DNA from: Planctomycetota bacterium
GTDB taxonomy: Bacteria > Planctomycetota > UBA1135 > UBA2386
Length of the DNA stretch: 64,000 bases
NCBI GenBank assembly: GCA_947501605.1
Contig: CANMWZ010000001.1
Span: forward strand, 96,001-160,000
Reading direction: 5' to 3'
The position numbers were made by a program, and so were the translations under genes. The notes under the pieces are model-generated. The model saw only the letters and a program-made list of their open reading frames with translations. It had not been told where the DNA came from and ran no database searches. Below are positions 1 to 10,065 of this stretch, piece after piece. The first letter of the stretch is position 1; each line of letters starts with the position of its first letter.

Positions 1-893
1 ACCGAGCGCCGCACCGACCAAGGGACGCTGCTCTCGGGCCAGAGCACGAGTGCTGGCGGTGACGCGACCCCGCGACCGGCGACGGCTTCGGTCGGAGCCA
101 CCAAGCGCGTGCGGCAGAGTTCGAGCCAACGTCGTTGGTAGGCAGCGCGGCTGGCATTCTCGACGTCCGCGAAGGCGTCGAGCGAGTGGTAGCCTGGCTC
201 GATCGCCGCAATCGCGACCGTCGCGCCGCGTTCACCGCGAGGACTCGGCGCAAACATGAACGTCGCGACCGCGCCAACGACGGCGACACTCGCAAACGTG
301 GCGCGCGCGCGCGGCAGCGTCGGCACTGCGAGTCGCCAAGCGCGAACGAGTTGCACGGATGCGGCGGCGAGCGCCGCCAGCAACGCGTTGCCGAGGACTT
401 CGCCACCAAGACGCACCGCACCAAGCCACTGGGGCCAGGCCCAGAATGCGTGGATCGGCTGACCGTGCGGATAGCCGATGCCAGGCATCTCGGCGCGCAG
501 CACGCAGCAGCCGGCAACTGCCAGCGCAAACGCCGCCACCGGTCGATGGGCGCGATCGGGACGAAACGCGGTCCGCGTCGCCAAGGCGACGGCGGCGTAG
601 TAGCAGCCGCCAAGGGCGCCGACCGCAATCCAGCCAAACCACGTCACGTGCCGCAACGACCACGAGAACGCTGCGACATGCAACGCGCCAAGCCAGTAGC
701 TGGCCAGCACGGGCCGGCGTTCCGCGGTCACAAGCGCGAACCAGATCGCCAGCCCAGGCAGCATCAGCAGCTCGGCTCCAGGCCACCACGACGGCGGCGT
801 CGCTGCCGTCATGATGAGCCCGCCCAGCAGGATCCACGGCCATGGCGCACTCGGTCGAGGCCTCGGTTCGACTGGCGCCGCCGGGCGATTCAT
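1..893 (-). CDS. lnt: Apolipoprotein N-acyltransferase (partial, runs off the left edge)
   Basis: Not in the ORF track; translated by hand from ATG at 893, which overlaps the moeA stop. MNRPAAPVEPRPRPSAPWPWILLGGLIM... gives several TM helices, a GYP motif and the nitrilase-fold motif LVLWPESS near the window edge. Confidence 0.8.
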   Translation of the reverse strand, partial: MNRPAAPVEPRPRPSAPWPWILLGGLIMTAATPPSWWPGAELLMLPGLAIWFALVTAERRPVLASYWLGALHVAAFSWSLRHVTWFGWIAVGALGGCYYAAVALATRTAFRPDRAHRPVAAFALAVAGCCVLRAEMPGIGYPHGQPIHAFWAWPQWLGAVRLGGEVLGNALLAALAAASVQLVRAWRLAVPTLPRARATFASVAVVGAVATFMFAPSPRGERGATVAIAAIEPGYHSLDAFADVENASRAAYQRRWLELCRTRLVAPTEAVAGRGVASPPALVLWPESSVPWSVRRS

Positions 894-2122
894 GCGCGCA
901 AGGCCCCCGCCGAGTAGCCGACCACCGTGGCGCTGTTCAGTTGCTCGGACGTCGCATTCTCGGGCAGCAAGGCGTAGGCGGTGCCGCCTACCAAGCGGAA
1001 CGGATCGCCGCTCGGCGATGGCGGCAGCAAGTCCGCGATCAACACGGCGCCGTCGACGGCGAGTGCGACCGGCATGGCTTGCAGGCGCGAGTTGGGCTTG
1101 AAGCTGCCGCGGATCTTTGCGGTCGCAGTCCAAGGCCGAGGGTCCTGGCCAAGGAGGCGCAGCAGCAATGGCCGAACCAGCAAGTCAAACACCGTGAAAC
1201 TCGACGCCGGATTGCCGGGCAAGCCGAACACGAAGACGGTCCGGTCGTCGTCGCGACGCTGGCCAAAATACGTGGGCTTACCGGGCTTCAACTCGATGCC
1301 GTGGAAGTCCGTCGCAACGGCGAGCTGCGACAGCGTGCCATGCACCAGATCGTGACTCCCTTTGCTGATGCCGCCGATCGTCACCAGCACGTCGTAGGCA
1401 TCGAGTCCTTTCGCCAGCAGCGCGCGCAGGGCCTCAGGCTCGTCGGCGGCAACGCCCAGCCGGGTCGCTTCGGCACCGCACTCTTCGATCTGTGCCTGCA
1501 GCGCCCAGGAGTTGCTCTCGCGGACCTGGTGCGGCAGCGGCACGGCATCGACCGGCACGACCTCATCGCCAGTCGCGAGGATCCCGACGCGCGGCCGTCG
1601 GTAGACCGGAACGAGGGTGCGGCCCAACACCGCGAGCACCCCGATCTCGGCGGCGCGGATGCGCGTGCCCGCGGCGAGCACCAGCGCCCCGGCTGACGCC
1701 TCGGAGCCGCGAGGTCGCACGTTCTGTCCAGCACTGACCGCAGCGTGCACCTCGACCGTATCTCCCTGGAACCCCGACGTCTGCTCCACCGGCACGACGG
1801 CATCCGCGCCAAGAGGCAGCACCGAACCCGTCATGATGCGAATGGCGCAACCAGGAGGCATCGCTGCTTCGAAAGGGTGCCCAGCGAGACTCTGTCCTAC
1901 GACCGGCAGCCGAACTGGCGCGGCCAGACCGGCGCCGGCAGCGACCGCGAAGCCGTCCATCGCCGACCGGTCCGTCGACGGCCACGGCCCCTCGGTCACC
2001 ACATCCACCGCGAGGTACCGCCCGCGGGCCTGGTCGAGGCCAACCGATTCCACCGGCATGCGGCTACACCGCGCGCCCAAGACGCGCCCCAACGCCACAA
2101 ACAAGCTGATCGTCGTCGCCAT
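890..2122 (-). CDS. moeA: Molybdopterin molybdenumtransferase
   Basis: Motifs DRSAMDGFAV, IRIMTG, ILATGDE, KPGKPT, GLPGNPAS. Start placed at MATTISL. Confidence 0.93.
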   Translation of the reverse strand: MATTISLFVALGRVLGARCSRMPVESVGLDQARGRYLAVDVVTEGPWPSTDRSAMDGFAVAAGAGLAAPVRLPVVGQSLAGHPFEAAMPPGCAIRIMTGSVLPLGADAVVPVEQTSGFQGDTVEVHAAVSAGQNVRPRGSEASAGALVLAAGTRIRAAEIGVLAVLGRTLVPVYRRPRVGILATGDEVVPVDAVPLPHQVRESNSWALQAQIEECGAEATRLGVAADEPEALRALLAKGLDAYDVLVTIGGISKGSHDLVHGTLSQLAVATDFHGIELKPGKPTYFGQRRDDDRTVFVFGLPGNPASSFTVFDLLVRPLLLRLLGQDPRPWTATAKIRGSFKPNSRLQAMPVALAVDGAVLIADLLPPSPSGDPFRLVGGTAYALLPENATSEQLNSATVVGYSAGALRA

Positions 2123-2258
2123 GAAAGTTCTTGCTGCCGATCTGCCGCCCAACCAGGGACCGCTACCTGCGAATGCGACGGAGCGTTCGGTGCGTGAGTT
2201 CTCCCTGCCGCCAGAGACCGGCGCAACGTAGAAGATCCTGCACGTGCACCTGCCCACC

Positions 2259-3494
2259 ATGCCGCGACCCCGCATTCTGTCCCTACTACCCGCGCTTTGG
2301 CTCCTGTCCTTGGCCGCAATGGCCGCCTGCAGCGGTAGCACGGCCGGAGCCGCCGACAAGAACAAGGAAGAGGCCCCGGTTCCGTTGGTCCGCGCCACCG
2401 CAGCCGTGCTGCGCCAGGTCCGCCGCGAAATCCGAACCACCGGCTTCCTCGAGTCCGAACAGACCTCGACGGTCGTCTCGCTCGTGTCGGGTCGCCTGAG
2501 CGCCATCTATGTCGATGAGGGCACGCTGGTGACGAGCGGGCAACTCCTCGCCAGCGTCGACGACCGCGAAGCCAAGTCCGCGATCCAACAGCTCACCGTG
2601 CAGCGCGACGGCAAAGAGCTCGACCAACAACTCGCAGCCCTCGAGGTCGAGGCCGCCGACCGCCGCATCGCACAGGCCTCGATCGAGGTGCAGAAGGCGC
2701 GAGCCGAGTTCGACCGCCAGAGCCAGACGCGAGCCGAGTTCGTCTCGCCCAAGGCCCTTCAGGATGCTGAACTCGCGTGGCAGAGCCTCGCCGAGACCGT
2801 GGAAGTCGCGAAGTTCAATGCCAGCAAGGCGAGACTCGAAGTGAAGCGAATTGCCACCACGATCGAAGAACTCAAGGCCCGCATAGACGAACTGAACGTC
2901 CGGCTCGAGCACCACCGCATCGCCGCTCCGTTCGCCGGCGTCATCACCTCGCGACACGTATCGGTCGGCGCCAACGTGGGGCCGTCGACGCCGTTGTTCG
3001 AGATGGTCGACCCCGACCATCTCGTGGCCTGGCTCGACCGCCCGCAGTCCGAGCTCGATTTGATCCGCAACGGCAAGATCGCCACCTTCACCACCGATGC
3101 GCTGCCGGGCCGTGAATTCACCGCCGACATCGACCAGGTGAGTCCCGTGGTCGATCGCTTGACCGGGCACTTTCGCTTGCGCATCCGCGTCAAGCCGGAC
3201 GATGCGCGCACGCTGCTGCACGGCATGTTTCTCCGCGCCCGCATCCAGGCCGAGGACTTGCGCGAGGCCCTGATGGTGCCCAAGTCCGCAATCCTCAGCG
3301 AAGGCGACGCCGCCGTGGTGATGGTCGCACGCACCGGCAAGGCCATCCGCATCGACCTCGACCCCGGTCTCGAACAGGACGACTGGATCGAGTGCAAGAA
3401 TCGCGGCGCCAACGGACTCCAGCCCGGCGAACTCGTGATCGTCGAGGGCCACGAAGACCTCGAAGACCAGGCCGCCGTGCGGCTGCAGCAGTAG
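2259..3494 (+). CDS. RND efflux periplasmic adaptor (membrane fusion protein), lipoprotein
   Basis: Lipobox-like MAAC, VDEG..V..GQLL, coiled hairpin and IAAPFAGVI. Lies directly upstream of two RND permeases. Confidence 0.9.
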   Translation: MPRPRILSLLPALWLLSLAAMAACSGSTAGAADKNKEEAPVPLVRATAAVLRQVRREIRTTGFLESEQTSTVVSLVSGRLSAIYVDEGTLVTSGQLLASVDDREAKSAIQQLTVQRDGKELDQQLAALEVEAADRRIAQASIEVQKARAEFDRQSQTRAEFVSPKALQDAELAWQSLAETVEVAKFNASKARLEVKRIATTIEELKARIDELNVRLEHHRIAAPFAGVITSRHVSVGANVGPSTPLFEMVDPDHLVAWLDRPQSELDLIRNGKIATFTTDALPGREFTADIDQVSPVVDRLTGHFRLRIRVKPDDARTLLHGMFLRARIQAEDLREALMVPKSAILSEGDAAVVMVARTGKAIRIDLDPGLEQDDWIECKNRGANGLQPGELVIVEGHEDLEDQAAVRLQQ

Positions 3495-3505
3495 GCGCCT
3501 TACCG

Positions 3506-6500
3506 ATGCTGTCCACAGGTTTGCTGCCGGCTGGGAGCGCCGCTGCTCGCTCGTTCTTCGCCTTCACGGTCACGCGGCCGATCGCCGTGTCGATGGTCGT
3601 GCTCGCGATCTGCGTCTTTGGTCTGGTGGGCCTGCTCGGCCTGCCGGTCAACCTGTTGCCGGACGTGAGCTATCCGTCGGTGACGGTGCGGACGACGTAT
3701 CCAGGTGCTTCGCCGCGCGATGTCGAGGAGCGCATCAGCGAACGCGTGCAAGAACTTGTCGCCGTCGTCCCTGGCGTTCGCCGCGTGTTCAGCATCAGTC
3801 GGCCCGGCGTCTCCGACGTCGTGCTGGAGTTCGGCTGGGGCACGCAGATGAGCTTCGCCGTCAACGACGTGCGCGAACGACTCGACCGGTTCTTTCCGCC
3901 GCAAGGTGCCGAACCGCCGCTCGTGCTGCGCTACGACCCGAGCCTTGACCCGGTCCTCACCATCGGCCTCGTGGCCAAGGACCATCTCGACCTCGTCGAA
4001 CTGCGCCACTACGCCGATCTCGAACTCGAGGAACGCCTCGCCACCATCGACGGCATCGCCGCCGTCAAGGTGCGAGGCGGCGACGAGGAGGAGATCCGCG
4101 TCGCCATCGACGAGCAGGCCTTGACCAGCAAGGGCCTCGACATCGCCGCGATCGCGCAGCGCCTGCGCCTGGAGAACGTCAACGCCGCTTCCGGCTCGAT
4201 CGAGGAAGGGCGCACCGAGTACCTGGTGCGGACGCTCAACGAGTACCGCACCCCCGCCGAGATCGAGGCGACCATCTTGGTGACGCGCGACGGACAGCAG
4301 ATCCGGCTCGCCGAGGTAGCCAAAGTCGAACGCCGCCCCGCCGACCCGCAGGTCCTCTGTCGCATCGGTGACCGTCCATGCGTCCTGGTGGACATCTACA
4401 AGGAAGCATCGGCCAACGTCGTCGAGGTCTGCACCACCGCGCAGCGCCGCGTCTTCGGAGCGCCCTGGCAACAGCAGGCGGTGCAACAAGGGCTGCACGA
4501 ACGCCAGCTCGAGGCCGAACCGGATGCGACCGGTGAGGCGTTGAAAGAGCAGAAACTCGCCCGCGCCCTGGATGCGCAAAAGCGCGCGGAGATGTCCGAC
4601 TACCTCGCTTTCGAGATGGGCAAACTCGGCATCACGCCAGTGCTGCTGCAGGACCAGTCGCGGTTCATCGCCGACGCGATCGCCGAGGTCAACAGCAACG
4701 CGCTGCAGGGCGGCGTGCTGGCAGTCCTCGTGATTCTGCTCTTCTTGCGCTCGCTGGTTGCTACTGCGATCCTCGCGGTCTCGATCCCACTGAGCCTGCT
4801 GGCGACCTTTGCACCGATGTTTCTCGTCGGTATCGACCTCAACGTGATGTCACTCGGAGGCCTCGCGCTCGGTGTCGGCATGCTGGTCGACAACTCCATC
4901 GTCGTGCTCGAGTCCATCGAGAAGCGTCGCGAGGCCGGCGAAGCGGCCGCCGTCGCGGCGGTCATGGGAACCGCGCGTGTCGCCGGCGCCGTCATCGCCT
5001 CCACGCTGACTACGGTTGCCGTGTTCTTCCCCATCGTGTTCGTCGAAGGCCTGGGTGGCCAACTGTTCCGCGACCAAGCCTTGACGGTGGTGTTCGCGTT
5101 GATGATGTCGTTGCTGGTCGCGCTGTTCGTGGTCCCGATGCTGGCGTCGCGCGGCGGCGGCGGACTCGGTGCGTTCCTGACCGGACTGTTCACGCTGGCG
5201 CCGCTCGAGTTGCTGCATCCCGATGCGAGTGCCCCGAGCGAGCAGCCCGCCGACGCGCACACCGCACCGCCAGCAAAGACGCGTAGCCCTTGGTTGACGA
5301 AACTCGACATGGGCTACCGGCGATTGCTAAGCACTTCTCTGCGCCGCTCGTGGATCGTCGTCGGCATCGCCGTCGCCCTGGTCCTTGGGGCAACGATGCG
5401 GGTCGGCAGCCTCGGCCAACAAGTCCTCCCCGAAGTCCGCCAAGGCGAGTTCTGGCTGCAGGCCTTCTTGCCGCGCTCAGTCACAGTGGCGACGACCGAC
5501 GCCGTGCTGCGCAAGATCGAGAGCCAGGTGCGGCAACTGCCTGAAGTCGAGCGCACGTTCTTGGCGAGCGGTGTCGACCCTGAAGAGCTCAACGACAGCG
5601 AAGAGGGCAAGCACTCCGCCCGCATCCTGGTGACCCTGCGCTCGGCGCAGGATCGCGCCACTCAGGAACTCAGCGTGCGGGCGACTATCGAGTCGCTGTT
5701 GCGCGAAGAGCCGGCAGTGCAGTCGCACCGGTTCTCGACCAGCAGCGTGCTCGAGTTCAGCGCCGGCGTGATCGTCGAAGTCCTCGGCCATGATCTCGAG
5801 CAGTTGCGACTGGCTTGCGACCAAGTCGCAGCGGCGATGAAGCGGCTACCACAACTTCGCGACGTGCGTACGACGCTGCAGCGCGGCAACCCCGAGTTGA
5901 CGGTGCGATTCGATCGCGACCAACTGTCGGCGCTCGAGCTCGACCCGGGTGCCATCACCTCGCTGCTCCGCGCCAAGGTGCAAGGCGACGTGCCGACGCA
6001 GTTTTCGGAACGCGAGCGCAAGCTCGACATCCGCGTCCGGATGGACCGCGAGGATCTCGCGAGCGAATCGGCGCTGCGCGAGATCAACGTCAACCCAAGG
6101 GGCTACCCCGAGATCCCGCTGCGAGCCGTGGCGGAGGTAGTGCGTCGCGAAGGGCCCAGTGAAATCCGGCGCTTTGGCAACGTTCGCGGCGCCGAAGTCT
6201 CAGGCACGCTGAACGGCTTCGACATGGCGCAGACGCAGCTCGAAGTCGAAGCCGCGATCGCCGACCTCACGCTGCCACGCGGGACCGAAGCGCGCATCGG
6301 CGGACAGAAAGAAGAGCTCGAACGCAGTCGCCGCAGTCTGACGCTGGCGTTGCTGCTCGCCATCTTCCTGGTCTACGTGGTGATGGCGTCGCAGTTCGAG
6401 AGCATCGTGCAGCCCCTGGTGATCCTCGTCTCCGTGCCGCTGGCGCTGATCGGCGTCGTGTTCGCGCTCGACATCACGGACACCGACCTGTCGGTGATCG

Positions 6501-6850
6501 TGTTCCTCGGGGCGATCGTCCTTGCCGGCATCGTCGTCAACAACGCGATCATCCTCATCGACCAGATCAACCACTTGCGGCAGGAGGGCATGCCACTCAA
6601 GGACGCCATCCTCGAAGGCAGCAGCAGTCGCATGCGGCCAGTATTGATGACGACGCTGACGACGCTTCTCGGCCTGTTGCCACAAACCGGTTGGACCACC
6701 TGGATGCCATTCGTCGGCGGTAGCACGGACGGTCTCGAACTCCGCGCACCGATGGCGATCACCGTCATCGCCGGGTTGACCAGCTCCACGGTGCTCACGC
6801 TCGTGTTGGTCCCAGTCATCTACGGAATGATCGCGCGGAGAAGGGCATGA
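3506..6850 (+). CDS. RND efflux permease, AcrB/AcrD/AcrF family (subunit 1)
   Basis: LPVNLLPDVSYP, GMLVDNSIVVLE, GIVVNNAI, RMRPVLMTT; about 1100 aa. Confidence 0.93.
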   Translation: MLSTGLLPAGSAAARSFFAFTVTRPIAVSMVVLAICVFGLVGLLGLPVNLLPDVSYPSVTVRTTYPGASPRDVEERISERVQELVAVVPGVRRVFSISRPGVSDVVLEFGWGTQMSFAVNDVRERLDRFFPPQGAEPPLVLRYDPSLDPVLTIGLVAKDHLDLVELRHYADLELEERLATIDGIAAVKVRGGDEEEIRVAIDEQALTSKGLDIAAIAQRLRLENVNAASGSIEEGRTEYLVRTLNEYRTPAEIEATILVTRDGQQIRLAEVAKVERRPADPQVLCRIGDRPCVLVDIYKEASANVVEVCTTAQRRVFGAPWQQQAVQQGLHERQLEAEPDATGEALKEQKLARALDAQKRAEMSDYLAFEMGKLGITPVLLQDQSRFIADAIAEVNSNALQGGVLAVLVILLFLRSLVATAILAVSIPLSLLATFAPMFLVGIDLNVMSLGGLALGVGMLVDNSIVVLESIEKRREAGEAAAVAAVMGTARVAGAVIASTLTTVAVFFPIVFVEGLGGQLFRDQALTVVFALMMSLLVALFVVPMLASRGGGGLGAFLTGLFTLAPLELLHPDASAPSEQPADAHTAPPAKTRSPWLTKLDMGYRRLLSTSLRRSWIVVGIAVALVLGATMRVGSLGQQVLPEVRQGEFWLQAFLPRSVTVATTDAVLRKIESQVRQLPEVERTFLASGVDPEELNDSEEGKHSARILVTLRSAQDRATQELSVRATIESLLREEPAVQSHRFSTSSVLEFSAGVIVEVLGHDLEQLRLACDQVAAAMKRLPQLRDVRTTLQRGNPELTVRFDRDQLSALELDPGAITSLLRAKVQGDVPTQFSERERKLDIRVRMDREDLASESALREINVNPRGYPEIPLRAVAEVVRREGPSEIRRFGNVRGAEVSGTLNGFDMAQTQLEVEAAIADLTLPRGTEARIGGQKEELERSRRSLTLALLLAIFLVYVVMASQFESIVQPLVILVSVPLALIGVVFALDITDTDLSVIVFLGAIVLAGIVVNNAIILIDQINHLRQEGMPLKDAILEGSSSRMRPVLMTTLTTLLGLLPQTGWTTWMPFVGGSTDGLELRAPMAITVIAGLTSSTVLTLVLVPVIYGMIARRRA

Positions 6851-9800
6851 GCCGCATCCAGGATCCGACTGCGTCGCCCGCCGCACCAACACAAGTGCGC
6901 CGCGGCATCATCGGTGTCTTCGTCGACCGACCGATCACGACGCTGATGATGTTCTGCGCGATCGTGTTGATCGGCGCGGTCGCACTCGATCGCCTGCCGT
7001 TGCGCTTTCTCCCGGCGGGCCTCGGCAGGAACGAGGTCAATATCTGGGTGTCCGTCCCCGGCAACATGGCGCCGCAGGAAGTGCAGGAGAAGGTCTGCGA
7101 ACCGCTGGTCGAATTGATCCGCACGATTCCAGGGCTCAGAGATGTCCGCAGTTCGGCGCAGAGCGGCGGCGGGCGAGTCACGGTCGCGCTCGACGAGCAG
7201 CTCGACCCGAGCCTCGCGTCCGGCGAGATCCGCGACCGCATCCAGCGCGTGGTGCCACTGTGGCCGCCAGGCGTCGATCGCTACTTCTTATGGAAGGAAG
7301 ACGGCGGCGCCGCGCCACTGGCGTTCGTCCAGTTGCTGACCCCGGCGCGCAACGCCCATTGGGACCATCTGGTCGACGAGGTGGTGCGACCGCGCCTCGA
7401 GTCGGTCGGCGGCGTCGGTCGTGTCGACCTGTGGGGCCTGCGCGACGAAACCATGAAGATCTGGTTCGATCGCGACAAGCTGCAAGCCGCGAACCTCGAC
7501 TTCCGCGACGTCTTGCAGCGGCTGCAGCGCGACAACTTCGCCGAACCGTGCGGCGAGCTCGAAGTGGCAGGAGGAACGCGCAGCTACCTGCTGCGCGTCG
7601 ATAGCAAGTTCCACGGCACCGAAGAGATCGCGCAGCTACCCCTGCGACCCGGCATTCGCTTGAGCGATGTCGCGGTGGTCGAACGCGTGCCCGAGGTCCG
7701 CGACAACCTGTCGCGCTACAACGGCAAGTACACCTACACGGCCATCGTCCGCGCCGGGGCGGACTCGAACCCCGTCGACGCCAGTGACGGGCTACATGCG
7801 ATGGCCGACGAACTTCGCTTGGATTCGCGCCTGCAGGACCTCGATGTCCGTTTCTTGTTCGACCAAGGCAAGTTCATCCGCGAAGGCCTGGCCAACTTGG
7901 CCAACACGGCAATCCAGGGCGGATTGCTCGCGCTCATCGTCCTCTGGCTATTCGTTCGCAATCTGGCGATGACGTTTGCCATCGCGTTGTCGATCCCGAT
8001 CGCGCTGCTGGTCGCCACCGCCTGGATGTTCTTCTCTGGCTCGTCGCTCGACATCTGCACCATGGCGGGCCTCACGTTGGCGGTCGGCATGGTCGTCGAC
8101 AACTCCGTGGTCGTACTCGAGAACGTGCGTCGCTTCCGCGATCTCGGCTACTCGGTGCGCGACGCATGCATCGCCGGCGCGCGCGAAGTCTCCCTCGCGG
8201 TGACCATGTCGACGCTGACGACCGTGGTCGTCTTCTTGCCGCTGGCGTTCATGGGCTCGCGCAACTCTCGGGCGTTGATGGGCTCCGTCGGCATCCCCCT
8301 CTCGATCGCGTTGCTGGCGAGCCTGTTCGTCGGACTGTGGTTCATGCCCTCAGGCCTGAATGCACTTGGCGGCGGCTCCAGGATTGCAGGACAGACCGCG
8401 AGCCGATGGTCGCCGCTGCACTGGATGCTCCTGCTGAACCGGGTCAGCCTCACGTGGGCACTGCGCCGCCGCTGGCTCGCACTGCTCGCGCTGATCGGGC
8501 TCGTCGCGTCAATCGCAGCTGCAGCCAATCAACTCGATTTCGCTGGCGACAGTGACGGCGGCCCCTTCAAGAGCGGCGACGTCACCATCCACTTCGCATT
8601 CCCTCGCGGCTACGACATCGACGCTGCGGAGCAGACGTTCTTGCAGCTGGAGCAGCACGCCATGGAGAACCAAAAGGCGTGGGGTGTCGAGGCGGTCGGC
8701 GGTCGCTTCGGCAGGCTGAGCGGGCGCCTCGAGTTCTTCAAGAAGATGCCGGACAAGGCCGCGACCGAAGCCCTGCGCAGTCGGATCTTGGCGAGCCTGC
8801 CGGAGATCCCTGGCGTCCGAGTACAGCTCGGCGAGCGCCAGAACGGGCGCTCTGGCATGGGCGGCAGCGGCACCAGCGAGCAAGAAAAGGACGATCGCAA
8901 CTTCGTCGTCCGTCTCTGGGGTCGCGATCCGGAGTATCTCGTCGAGCGCGCCGACGCCCTGTGCACGCGCCTGGGTGGACGCAAGGAGGTCGAGAAGATC
9001 GAAGTGCCGGCGCTGGAGAGCAACCAGGAGGTCGTCGTCGAAGTCGATCGCTCGCGCATGCAAGACCTGGGCATCGACCCAGAAGCGGTGCTCGGCACGA
9101 TGGCCAGCGGCCTGCAAGGGCGCATGCTCGGCCGCTACGAAGAATCGGATCGCGAAGTGCGCCTCATGGCTCAGTTCGACGCGCGCGACAAACCAGGCAT
9201 GCTCGAACTCAAGGACACGCGGGTGTTCGGAATGAGCGGCACGTCGCAGCGATTGGCGGACCTGTCTAAGGTGCGCATGCGGCGCACGATGCCGAGCATC
9301 GAGAGCATCGACGGTCGCGTCCAGGTGACCCTCGTCGGGCGCCGCGCCGAAGGCCTGACTTCGCGTGACATGAGTCGCATCTTGGCCGACGAACTGGCGT
9401 CGTTCCCCCTCGCCCGAGGCTACGAGTGGAGCGAGGACAGCGGCCAGCGGACGACGCAGGCGGAGCTGCTCGAACTGCTGCGCATCATGGCGCTGTCGAT
9501 CACTCTCGTGTTCCTGTTGATGGGAGTGTTGTTCGAGTCGGTGATCCTGCCGCTGTCCATCCTGGTGACCATTCCGTGCGCACTGGTTGGGGCGATGTGG
9601 TCGCTCGCTCTGTTTCAGGGCAAGATCGATCCGATGGGCATGATCGGGATGGTCATCCTCTGCGGCGTAGTCGTGAACAACGGCATCGTCCTGCTCGACC
9701 ACATCGTCCGGCTCCGGCGCGAGGGCATGGCGCGACTGCTGGCAATCCGCGAGGGCGTCGAAGTTCGCCTCCGCCCCATCTTCATGACGGCAGCGACGAC

Positions 9801-10044
9801 CTTCGTCGGGTTGCTGCCCATGGCGATCTTCGGCAATGCCAACGAAGGCGTCAGCTATGTCGGCTTGTCGATCGCTGTCGCCGGCGGACTGTTGTTCAGC
9901 ACGGTCACCACTGCCGTGGCGGTGCCGCTGTGCTACACGTTTGCGGACGACTTCATCGTTTGGCTGCGCCGCACGGTGTCGCGTCGAGCCGGTCGACGAA
10001 CGGCGACGGCCGCATCCTTCGAGCCAGGGCCGACGCCCATTTGA
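6847..10044 (+). CDS. RND efflux permease, AcrB/AcrD/AcrF family (subunit 2)
   Basis: GMVVDNSVVVLE, GVVVNNGI, RLRPIFMT. ATGA overlap with the previous gene. Confidence 0.93.
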   Translation: MSRIQDPTASPAAPTQVRRGIIGVFVDRPITTLMMFCAIVLIGAVALDRLPLRFLPAGLGRNEVNIWVSVPGNMAPQEVQEKVCEPLVELIRTIPGLRDVRSSAQSGGGRVTVALDEQLDPSLASGEIRDRIQRVVPLWPPGVDRYFLWKEDGGAAPLAFVQLLTPARNAHWDHLVDEVVRPRLESVGGVGRVDLWGLRDETMKIWFDRDKLQAANLDFRDVLQRLQRDNFAEPCGELEVAGGTRSYLLRVDSKFHGTEEIAQLPLRPGIRLSDVAVVERVPEVRDNLSRYNGKYTYTAIVRAGADSNPVDASDGLHAMADELRLDSRLQDLDVRFLFDQGKFIREGLANLANTAIQGGLLALIVLWLFVRNLAMTFAIALSIPIALLVATAWMFFSGSSLDICTMAGLTLAVGMVVDNSVVVLENVRRFRDLGYSVRDACIAGAREVSLAVTMSTLTTVVVFLPLAFMGSRNSRALMGSVGIPLSIALLASLFVGLWFMPSGLNALGGGSRIAGQTASRWSPLHWMLLLNRVSLTWALRRRWLALLALIGLVASIAAAANQLDFAGDSDGGPFKSGDVTIHFAFPRGYDIDAAEQTFLQLEQHAMENQKAWGVEAVGGRFGRLSGRLEFFKKMPDKAATEALRSRILASLPEIPGVRVQLGERQNGRSGMGGSGTSEQEKDDRNFVVRLWGRDPEYLVERADALCTRLGGRKEVEKIEVPALESNQEVVVEVDRSRMQDLGIDPEAVLGTMASGLQGRMLGRYEESDREVRLMAQFDARDKPGMLELKDTRVFGMSGTSQRLADLSKVRMRRTMPSIESIDGRVQVTLVGRRAEGLTSRDMSRILADELASFPLARGYEWSEDSGQRTTQAELLELLRIMALSITLVFLLMGVLFESVILPLSILVTIPCALVGAMWSLALFQGKIDPMGMIGMVILCGVVVNNGIVLLDHIVRLRREGMARLLAIREGVEVRLRPIFMTAATTFVGLLPMAIFGNANEGVSYVGLSIAVAGGLLFSTVTTAVAVPLCYTFADDFIVWLRRTVSRRAGRRTATAASFEPGPTPI

Positions 10045-10065
10045 CCGCCCGTAACGCCGGGCAAC

